Source: a virus (taxonomy: Duplodnaviria > Heunggongvirae > Uroviricota > Caudoviricetes). Taken from it: 64,000 nucleotides of DNA. The stretch's first letter is position 1, and each line of letters begins with the position of its first letter. This document shows, in pieces, positions 20,001 through 27,435 of the stretch. The stretch is taken from IMG/VR virus record IMGVR_UViG_3300042322_000140, positions 228 through 64,227 of that record. One strand, written 5' to 3'. Under the pieces are notes generated by a model. It did no database searches. It had not been told where the DNA came from and saw nothing but the letters and a program-made list of their open reading frames with translations. Made by a program: the position numbers and the translations under genes.

Positions 20001-22639
20001 TCTGATACAATGTTTCTTCTTCCTCTAGCTCCTAATGTTGTATCAGAAAGTTGTCTAGATAAGTCTGCGTATCTTTTAAAGGCAGTTATTGACTTACCGT
20101 ACTCGCTTATTAATTTTTGTAATTGGGCCCCTTTTTGTGGGTCTACTTCACTAAATGATGCGGCTAGTTCTCTTACTTGTTTTAAAGTTCTTTCTCTATT
20201 TCTTATACTTTGTGCACTAATCAAAACATCATCAACATTCTTACCAAATGGGTTTTTCATGTTGGCTGTTTTTATCAGCATTGTATATTCTTTTGTTAAG
20301 GACTCTATGTTTTTATCTATCTCAGATATTCTAGATCTTATACCATCAGCTTTTGATAAAAATTCTTTTTTGGCATCTGTATCCACTGTTCCAAAAAGTG
20401 TCTTCTCTACTTCTTTATATTCTCTTTCTAGAGTTTCTTTTTCTCTATCTAGAACTTTTAATTCTTTCTCTTTCTTTGTAGCTTCTTTTTTAGTATCCTT
20501 ACTGGCTTTTAAAAGAATATCTTCTATGTTAAGAGTGTCAGACATCTCTTGACCTAAAATAGTCTCTCCAGTCTTCTGTTTTATAGCTGTTAATAAGTCG
20601 TTAGAAAAGTCATGTACTTTTTCTCCAAGAGTTAATTCATAAGCAACAGCATCTTTTACTTGGCTCATATTAAGACCTAAGTCTTTGAACTCTTCTTTTT
20701 CATTTTTTGTAAAATCTTTACCTAATATATACTCGGTATAATTTCTATTTTTCTCGTAAGATTTAGCTGTAGATTTATACTCCTTTACTAACTTTTCTTT
20801 TATATCTTCTGCCCCTTTTTCATCAACTCCGTACTCTTTCATAAGAACATCATTACCAATATTTCTAATACCAGTTTCTGTTCTTTCCATACTTTCATCT
20901 AGATAATCTAGGTTAAGTGCATGCGAGGCTTGAGCGATAATTGCTGATTGTCTAGCTAATTCCCCTCCTGTAAAATCTCCTTTTTTTGCAGCTTTGTCTG
21001 CACTTTGGTTAGCAGCTTGTACTCTACCAGAGTAGGCTAATGTTTCAGCCATGTTGTTAGGTGAATAGTACTTATCATAAAAGTCTACTACTTGGTTTGC
21101 TTTTATTTCTTCCCCTTTTAATTCACCTTTTAAACTACCATAAGTTTTCATATTAATACCAGTACCTGTAAGTAAACCTACAATCATACCGATACCAACT
21201 TCTTTCATCCCCTCTTTGGTACCATAAGTGTCAGATAACCCTTGTGTAAAAGCATCTCCAACATCCATAGTTGTACCTAAATACTTAGGGTCATATGTAG
21301 AGTTTATCCAATTTTTAGCAGTATTTGTTCCAACAGATTGCATACCTTCTTCCCATACTCCTTCTATAAGTGGACTTTTACCAATACCCCAAGAGTATTT
21401 GGCTACATTTTGTAATTTGCTAGCTGTTTTTGCTACCATTTTACCTGCTGACTCTTCTACCCCTATTCCAAAAAGCTTAGAATTAGCCCATTTAGATGAG
21501 GCTGAAAGTGGGCTTTTCATATCAAAAAGTCTACCTATAGTCATAAAATTACTTGAGCCTACAATTGCTAAGTTGAATCCGTACAAAGAGTTAGCAGAAG
21601 ATGTTAAATTATTGTTGAAATCTTGTAACTCTTCTTCACTAGGCTTTCTTCCGTTTTTTGTTTCAAAACTTTCTTCAAAGTTATCCTTCATTTCTCGTAT
21701 ATAATTACGAGCTTCCATACCTGCTTCAAATCCTGCAGATGTATATGTAAACCTAGCTACGTTAGCAAACTCTCCTGCTTTACCAAAAGCCGTTGCCATT
21801 TTTGTAGGTAATTTTGCATTTAGGTAAGTTTTTAATATTGGCTGTGATGCTAAAGCTTTAGCTTTAGACATTTCCCCATATGCTTTTAATCCTTTAGCTA
21901 TTTTTGCCTCTGCTCCTAAAATTCTAGTAACTTTTGGAGCTAATCTAGCAGCAGCTGTCCCTAAAGACATACCTCCTGTGGCCCAAGCCCATATAGCCTC
22001 TGAACCTATCGCTGATACTGTAAAAGCAGCACCACCTAATACGTCCTTGGCCCAAAAATTTGCTGTACCCATTGACTCAAAAAACCCCATATCTCTCTCT
22101 TCTTGAGAAACATAGTTTGGTAATTTGTAGTCTAATTTTTCATTTAAGTCATCTAAGTAGTTTGAAAAATCATTATCATAAGTTGCTCTAAAGCTTCCTT
22201 CTTTTATACCTTCATAAATACCGTCTACTACTCCTATTGTACCTCCTACTATTCCTGTACCTACTTGTCCAGCAAATTTAGTTATACCATTTAACCATTT
22301 CTCACTTGTACTTTGATTAGCTGCTGCATATTCTGCATTATCTCTTCCTGCTTTATATGTTGGAAATCTTGCTATGTAGCTTCCATCTCCTAATTTACCA
22401 TAAGCTTCCTCTACGTTATAGTTCTTTTCTTCCAGAGAACCTCTATAATCAGAACGCATACCAGTGTTACCCCAAAGACCGTTGTCTGGGGTAAACCATT
22501 CTGGATTTTGCGTAAACTTTTTGCCAGTAGTATAAGAGGTTCTTATACTGTCCATTACTTGATTAATTTGAGGATCTTGGCTTTTTCCTAAAGAGGATTC
22601 AACTGCTTGTCTCCCTAATTCTGCTGGGTTAAAATCCAT
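17060..22639 (-). CDS. Giant virion ejection protein A (1859 aa), probably membrane-inserting
   Basis: N-terminal Gly/Ala-rich hydrophobic segments, long coiled coils; only Cys is the C-terminal residue; first of three giant genes. Confidence 0.65.
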   Translation of the reverse strand: MDFNPAELGRQAVESSLGKSQDPQINQVMDSIRTSYTTGKKFTQNPEWFTPDNGLWGNTGMRSDYRGSLEEKNYNVEEAYGKLGDGSYIARFPTYKAGRDNAEYAAANQSTSEKWLNGITKFAGQVGTGIVGGTIGVVDGIYEGIKEGSFRATYDNDFSNYLDDLNEKLDYKLPNYVSQEERDMGFFESMGTANFWAKDVLGGAAFTVSAIGSEAIWAWATGGMSLGTAAARLAPKVTRILGAEAKIAKGLKAYGEMSKAKALASQPILKTYLNAKLPTKMATAFGKAGEFANVARFTYTSAGFEAGMEARNYIREMKDNFEESFETKNGRKPSEEELQDFNNNLTSSANSLYGFNLAIVGSSNFMTIGRLFDMKSPLSASSKWANSKLFGIGVEESAGKMVAKTASKLQNVAKYSWGIGKSPLIEGVWEEGMQSVGTNTAKNWINSTYDPKYLGTTMDVGDAFTQGLSDTYGTKEGMKEVGIGMIVGLLTGTGINMKTYGSLKGELKGEEIKANQVVDFYDKYYSPNNMAETLAYSGRVQAANQSADKAAKKGDFTGGELARQSAIIAQASHALNLDYLDESMERTETGIRNIGNDVLMKEYGVDEKGAEDIKEKLVKEYKSTAKSYEKNRNYTEYILGKDFTKNEKEEFKDLGLNMSQVKDAVAYELTLGEKVHDFSNDLLTAIKQKTGETILGQEMSDTLNIEDILLKASKDTKKEATKKEKELKVLDREKETLEREYKEVEKTLFGTVDTDAKKEFLSKADGIRSRISEIDKNIESLTKEYTMLIKTANMKNPFGKNVDDVLISAQSIRNRERTLKQVRELAASFSEVDPQKGAQLQKLISEYGKSITAFKRYADLSRQLSDTTLGARGRRNIVSELGRGKNSTDITVEFLRGLSESSIERAEDTIVQGLENLEPVKEVIDNEKGAKINKPTIEEKEAKKQAEIQKVNDEYDSKISNSDTPSTSIQNIEDFNKLSKEEKDNLKKELKDRIESLPDDFFFLSHLTTSEVTLEGILKTGLNTGPSAEGTTNVNTTKEGLYNSIEALIDGKINHRGATKLVIMGFPNSINTQNLNINKYFGDIVMEHIMAVSPNDAGIRIPPSFNLATFSNGRMNLVGGNSSNSTESLEKERKAKLDAIEKKYAPKNGQTTKKEVRKKTIKETVVDMIKNSPYLLDYYGTDVPVMMTEEELDEYEDLAIRALADPKIDNKTISFKSPYTWNRLTPTTRPSLKKAEIKRLQELNERLANWRLLENVANDTGISISDMLLQDIIVNQFVDPKINSELTETEIVNISKKEPKETDSGEAIRNEEVLQVYQNVFINRNKFGTTISHLTLPGLLSRVDLADTVAFVQTEVVNNKTVTVPNTAKDISIQEVAENVKYGATFVLTFRDGNTATIIIDKGGSLTIKKGSEVEQVLREANMGYMENSFTKDSGYSPVYSNETGEIMETDFKDSSDYSPMELYNMVPGDTVTFSLDLTDEYNQKIILEYQEAIQDLEDRDVMIDQDGKMSPEVLKIEKLLSDQLKINVSDVRGRKFGDLKANYNTSQSSEFLLIREEALKIVKEKGLGTEADIDIQLPKESFIKHVFLGVPNFNMEGGTIKYFDISPKAVVDYGYIQDGKLVLKGNTKNVRKDYISNHLNKTGLPVIIFNQGKYLVAFPIQLKELASNAGDTAVQKLMETENLGSAVLEFNQTLAVNGLSPASYNLYHVGEDAQTLVDMNGNFSEPLLRAISDLNKVKQTVDVSTWMSTEHTKENLVSEASLAIDIENNPLSSPKPIINLDKMVEIKRDWYSDAIATGNLSLEKATEIFNKMMLLDEALTTQESDLSDHPLVQSLIDEYFRLNTDQQSDVDDAKNEPC

Positions 22640-22640
22640 A

Positions 22641-25265
22641 TTACTGCATTAATTTTATGTACTTATCTATGTTTTTTGGCTCGTATTTTATACTCTTTAA
22701 AAGAGCATCCGATATAAATATCTGAGGTTGGTATCTTATTAGATAAGATGTATCTTCTTCTAAATATCTCATACCTAAATCTTTTTCCCAAACTACTCCT
22801 CCATTTTTATCTTTTACTGTAGTTGTCCATCCACCATCTTGTGAGCTGGCTTCTACTGTAAAATCATCTAAGTTTTTACTTAATAATTCTGTAAATGAGT
22901 CTATTTTTTCTTCTGGTATTTGCTTGTATAAAGTACCTTTGAAAACATCCTCTACACCTTTTTTTGTTATGTAGTTTATAGGAGGTACTTCAAAACCTCT
23001 TTGTGTATTAGCAGGCATGTTGTTTATAGTAGTACCTATCTTATTTATAGTAGTTCTCTTTGACATCTCTATAAACTGAGGTTTTGTAAAAGGTTTTACT
23101 TTTACATTAGTGTTTTCTGCATCTACTCTATCGCTGCTATTGATATATTTTGATAACTCTATGTATGCTGCATCTTTAGAATCTACTATAACTGTTGGTT
23201 TCTTTTTGAAGTATCCTCCTTCTTTATTATCTGAAAAACCTGCATTTTGAGTAATAGTTATACTGTTATCTTTATTTTTATAAAAAGATATAGGTTTTTC
23301 TTTATCAAAAATATTACCTTCCTCTGTTTGTGGTATCTTATTCAAAACACTTTCAACAGCCGCTTTTCCTGATATTGTGCTTACATTTGGTGTTTTAAAA
23401 TATGAAGAGCTGCCTTTTATATCTGCATTAGCTTTTTCTAAAGAGTCCTTTTTTAAATCTTGTCTTATAAAATTGGTAGTAAGAGTGTATACGTTTTGAG
23501 TTGTTAGCCCGTTTAATACGTTAGCAAACTCCTCTAGTTTTTTACTGTCCTTTGCTAGTACCGATTTTATATTTTTTATACCCCCATTGGCTTTTAAGAA
23601 TTTATCTGCTTTCTGGTAAGCTGCCCATCTTTCTGCTGCATGATCTTCAAATAAATCAGATTGTCCGTCTCTACCTGCTGTTGACATTTCGTCTTCTAAT
23701 GAAGTAATATACTTGTCTGGGTCTTCATTAAATACAGAAGTTAGACTTTTAGTTTTTGTACTATTGTACTCTTTTGAGTACTCACTTCTTTTTATATCTA
23801 AATTGGCAACTTTTTTAGCTATCTCTGGGTGTATGTTAGCCATACCTGAGTTATTAAAAGCTGATTGCATAGATGCAGACAATGAGTTTTTAGCTGCTAA
23901 GTCTTTGTTAATAACTTGACCTTTAGCATTGTAACCTCTTTTCTTCATCTCCTCAGCATAATGATTTTTAGCATCAATAGGTGTCTTATCACTATTAACA
24001 GCACTACTTATCGTAGTGTTAAATTCTTTATTTGTATTTTCATATAACTTTTTTAAGTTATCAAAAGGATCAAAGTCTTCAGCTAGATCACCTTCCATAG
24101 GTGACTCAGAGTAAGCCGCCATATTTGCTGCACCGGGTTGTCCAGGTGTACTGGCCCCATACTCTTTTTGCATTTTTGCTCTATGTTCTTCGTCTTCTCT
24201 TTGGTTCTTTTGTATGTCTAAATCTAAGTCTTGTTTTGCGAAATAATATTCGTCTTTTTTAGTTTCTATAGACCACTTAGCTTGTGCCATATCAGCTATA
24301 CCTCTTTTCCAAGACTCTCTTTCTAAAAAATATCCTAGGCTCTCTGGGTCGTCTTTTTTTAGACCTGAAAATGTAGAGTCCATAATTTTTCTTTGTTCTT
24401 GATAAGCATCGTATCTAGCTTTTGCTTCGGATCTATCTGATTCTGATAAAGCTGTATTGTCTTTAGCTATACCTTCTGCTTTTATATTCGCATCAATATC
24501 CTTATAAGAGGCTTCTTTGTACATATCTACAGATTTATTTGCCTCTTCTATATTATCTTTATACTTTGCCCAGCCGTTTATTTTTAGCTGTTCGTTTTCT
24601 TTAGATGTTAGTATATTAGGCATGTACTTGAATATCTCTTCTTGTGTCAAACCTTTGATTGTTCTTTCTATTAACTGACCAGGATTATTTGGATCTGGCA
24701 TAGATAATTTTTGCTCTCCTCTTAGATCCTTTAACTCTTTGATTTTATCCAAAGCTGTTTTTGTTACGTCTGTATATGGAGAGTAGCTTAGGCTACCTAA
24801 GTTATCTGTACCCCCTGCCATATAAGCATCAAAACCCCCTTTGCTTAAAGCATAAGCATGGTTTGCTGCATTGTAACTTTCAGGCTTTTTCTCTTTTACT
24901 TCTTTTATTTCAGAGTTAAACTGATATATTGATTGTGAGTTTGCTATTTGTTGTCTTACTTTTCCATCAATAGCTGATCCTATATAAGATGTTATCTGTC
25001 TAGCTACCACATTATCTGTTAAGTCTACGTTTGCATTAGCATCAACCATAGCAAGTAACCCCTGGAGTTTTTCTCCAAGGTATTTTTTATCTTCGGGTCT
25101 TACCAGAGGTACGCTAGTTATTTTTGCAACAAGCTCGTCCATTTTAGCTAAGTTTATATCAAACTTCTGTTGCATGCTACTTTGTATAGCTCCTAAATAC
25201 TTTATTGTGTTCCCTATTGGTATAGGTGAACCATAATTAATAGGTGTTGAATATGCGTTTGCCAT
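22641..25265 (-). CDS. Virion cargo/ejection protein (874 aa)
   Basis: Helical Cys-free protein between the cargo cluster and the giants; stop 1 nt before the start of giant A. Confidence 0.55.
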   Translation of the reverse strand: MANAYSTPINYGSPIPIGNTIKYLGAIQSSMQQKFDINLAKMDELVAKITSVPLVRPEDKKYLGEKLQGLLAMVDANANVDLTDNVVARQITSYIGSAIDGKVRQQIANSQSIYQFNSEIKEVKEKKPESYNAANHAYALSKGGFDAYMAGGTDNLGSLSYSPYTDVTKTALDKIKELKDLRGEQKLSMPDPNNPGQLIERTIKGLTQEEIFKYMPNILTSKENEQLKINGWAKYKDNIEEANKSVDMYKEASYKDIDANIKAEGIAKDNTALSESDRSEAKARYDAYQEQRKIMDSTFSGLKKDDPESLGYFLERESWKRGIADMAQAKWSIETKKDEYYFAKQDLDLDIQKNQREDEEHRAKMQKEYGASTPGQPGAANMAAYSESPMEGDLAEDFDPFDNLKKLYENTNKEFNTTISSAVNSDKTPIDAKNHYAEEMKKRGYNAKGQVINKDLAAKNSLSASMQSAFNNSGMANIHPEIAKKVANLDIKRSEYSKEYNSTKTKSLTSVFNEDPDKYITSLEDEMSTAGRDGQSDLFEDHAAERWAAYQKADKFLKANGGIKNIKSVLAKDSKKLEEFANVLNGLTTQNVYTLTTNFIRQDLKKDSLEKANADIKGSSSYFKTPNVSTISGKAAVESVLNKIPQTEEGNIFDKEKPISFYKNKDNSITITQNAGFSDNKEGGYFKKKPTVIVDSKDAAYIELSKYINSSDRVDAENTNVKVKPFTKPQFIEMSKRTTINKIGTTINNMPANTQRGFEVPPINYITKKGVEDVFKGTLYKQIPEEKIDSFTELLSKNLDDFTVEASSQDGGWTTTVKDKNGGVVWEKDLGMRYLEEDTSYLIRYQPQIFISDALLKSIKYEPKNIDKYIKLMQ

Positions 25266-25285
25266 CTTTATCTTTATAATTTATG

Positions 25286-25317
25286 CAAAATTACAAATTT
25301 TATTTGTATCCTGCAAA
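25286..25317 (-). promoter_or_regulatory. Bacteroidota sigma70-type promoter
   Basis: Minus strand TTTG-N20-TAATTTTG, 20 nt upstream of ATG 25265. Confidence 0.75.
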
Positions 25318-25326
25318 TTAATTAAA

Positions 25327-27435
25327 TTATTTTTTCTTCTTAAATCTACCACCAAACTTACCTACAGTAGTTTTTTCTTTAGCTTTTTTCTCTGCCTCCG
25401 TAGCATTTACGTTAGTTATACCATATGGATTTATTAAGCTATCTACTTGTCCTGCATAATCTTTTTGCGTTTCCGGTTTATAATTTATCCTGTATGTACC
25501 ATCGCCTTGTAGCTGTACTTGTTTGTTTAATGCGTTTTGTGCATTTGCACTAGCTACTGCGTCCCAATTAGTATACTGATCATTAAACCTAGTGTTTCTA
25601 AGATTTTGCCAATCGTTTTCATAATTAGCTAAACCTTTGTATGTTCTAGCTTCATAACTCAATGCATTTTGGTTTTCTGCCATTTGTTCAGCATCACCTA
25701 TCTTAGCATTGTAAATATCTGCTGTATTTTGTGCTTGATTATTGAATCTATTTGCCTCTGTTATTGCACTTCCTGCAGCTGCACCTTGATTTGCTGTTAG
25801 GCCTATATTTGCTGCTGCTCTTTGTGCGTCAGACATTCCAGATAAATTCTGTTGTGCTGCTACTACTGCTCTATCTGTCTCCATTATTTTTTGTGTTGGA
25901 GATATATAGTTAGGTTCTATTCTATTTAACCTAGTAGCAACTTTTAAAGCTGGATTTAATGTAGGTGTTTGGTAGATTCTTTGTGGTAAACTAAGAAAAT
26001 CATAGTTCACAGTTCTACTTAAATCTAAACCTGGTGGATCTTTTGGTGTTTCTTTAATTGGTTCTTGTTTAACATTAAACTGATTAATTGCATAATCTGC
26101 GTTAGTTTCCCCAACTTGTTTTTCTACATCTGTAACATTCTTTAAACTCTCTGTTGACAATTTATCTCTTAGAGGTGATGTTTTTAATTGTCTTAATGTA
26201 AATATACCGTTATCATTTAAGAACTTCTTATCTTCAGGTGTTACTAGATTCATACCCATAGAGTATCTACCTGATGTAAATTGTCCAAGTTTTGAATCAA
26301 ATCCTCTAGCTATTTCTTTTTCATTAAATGTTTGATTAGTCAAGTAATCTTGTGCTTGTTTTACAGCATCCTCTCCATAAACACTTGCGTTACTTATTAT
26401 GTTTTGTGCAGAAGCCGCCATTCTATCATTCATTTTTGATTGAAGTGAGCCTATTACTTTTTGTTGAGTGTTTAACTTAACATTATTTTTGAACTTTAGA
26501 TTACCTCTATTATCAATCTCTACATTCTCTTTAAGAGTGTCGTCTGAGTAAACTAAATCTGGGAAGTTTCTATAAAGTTGTTGTAATGCTTCTTGTGCAC
26601 TTTCTACATCTCCATAAGCTTCTACTCCTGTTTTTTGTTTCTCTCTTTTTCTAGTACTAAATTTATTTTCTCCTAGTGCAGTTTTTTTCTCTCCTGTTAT
26701 TGTTTTTTTGAACTTTCCTGCAGTTTGGTATTTAGGTAAGTCTTTTAATAATTTAGCTGCTTTTTCTTCGCTTATGCCATACTTATTTGCTAATTCAACA
26801 ATACCTCCATTTTCCATTTTATAATCTGTAGAGTCTTTTTCTTTACTCTCTTCTTGTATTTGGAACATTATATTAAACATCATTTCTCTATCTTTTTCGA
26901 TAGGTTTTTTACTTTGTGCTTGTTTATATAATTGTTTTGATAAGTAGTCTGAATTAAGGTCAGAAGTCTTTTTATCTTTAATTTTTAACTTTTGGTCTTT
27001 CATCATGCCCATTAGTTTTTCTAATTCTGCATTTATTTTATCAAGACCTGTTTTTGAATTAAATCTATCTAGTATTTTGGCGTAAGTGTCTGTAGCTTTT
27101 GCTGGTAACCCTAGCTCTTTATTTACTTTTCTAGCAACATCTGCTCCAATTTTTAAATGGTCACTTAATATTCTAGTACCGTCCTCTAGTGCTACTGGCA
27201 TACCTCCTTTTTCGTGAGTTTTACCTTGGGCTTTTCTTATACCTTGTGAATCAAATATGTATTCTCCACCTTCAATTTCAGCGTTTGGTTCTACCATAGG
27301 TTTCTTACTATCTAAGGCAAACTGGTATTCCCCAGTAAGTGCCTTGAACAAATCTTTCTTCTGGCCACCTTCTGCAAAGAATAGGTTTTCAAAAACTTCT
27401 TTTGGTATTGATATTTTATTCGAACTCGACATCAT
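25327..27435 (-). CDS. Virion cargo protein (702 aa), crAss-like cargo type
   Basis: NAEIEGGE...GKTHEKGG...GTRILSDHLK motif; Q/N/A-rich C-terminal helix; basic tail KFGGRFKKKK. Confidence 0.55.
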   Translation of the reverse strand: MMSSSNKISIPKEVFENLFFAEGGQKKDLFKALTGEYQFALDSKKPMVEPNAEIEGGEYIFDSQGIRKAQGKTHEKGGMPVALEDGTRILSDHLKIGADVARKVNKELGLPAKATDTYAKILDRFNSKTGLDKINAELEKLMGMMKDQKLKIKDKKTSDLNSDYLSKQLYKQAQSKKPIEKDREMMFNIMFQIQEESKEKDSTDYKMENGGIVELANKYGISEEKAAKLLKDLPKYQTAGKFKKTITGEKKTALGENKFSTRKREKQKTGVEAYGDVESAQEALQQLYRNFPDLVYSDDTLKENVEIDNRGNLKFKNNVKLNTQQKVIGSLQSKMNDRMAASAQNIISNASVYGEDAVKQAQDYLTNQTFNEKEIARGFDSKLGQFTSGRYSMGMNLVTPEDKKFLNDNGIFTLRQLKTSPLRDKLSTESLKNVTDVEKQVGETNADYAINQFNVKQEPIKETPKDPPGLDLSRTVNYDFLSLPQRIYQTPTLNPALKVATRLNRIEPNYISPTQKIMETDRAVVAAQQNLSGMSDAQRAAANIGLTANQGAAAGSAITEANRFNNQAQNTADIYNAKIGDAEQMAENQNALSYEARTYKGLANYENDWQNLRNTRFNDQYTNWDAVASANAQNALNKQVQLQGDGTYRINYKPETQKDYAGQVDSLINPYGITNVNATEAEKKAKEKTTVGKFGGRFKKKK

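Noticed and set aside
19545-21704. 335-aa and 158-aa plus-strand ORFs opposite giant A
   Set aside because: Ser/Phe/Leu-rich composition expected from the reverse complement of Lys/Glu-rich coding sequence. The other short antisense ORFs in the track were dismissed for the same reason.
9581-22639. Asp-rich strings (NGDIDF, DAEFDG, IDQDG, ADIDI) as RNA polymerase catalytic motifs
   Set aside because: None matches DFDID/DxDGD in a plausible context; one lies in the first 20 residues.
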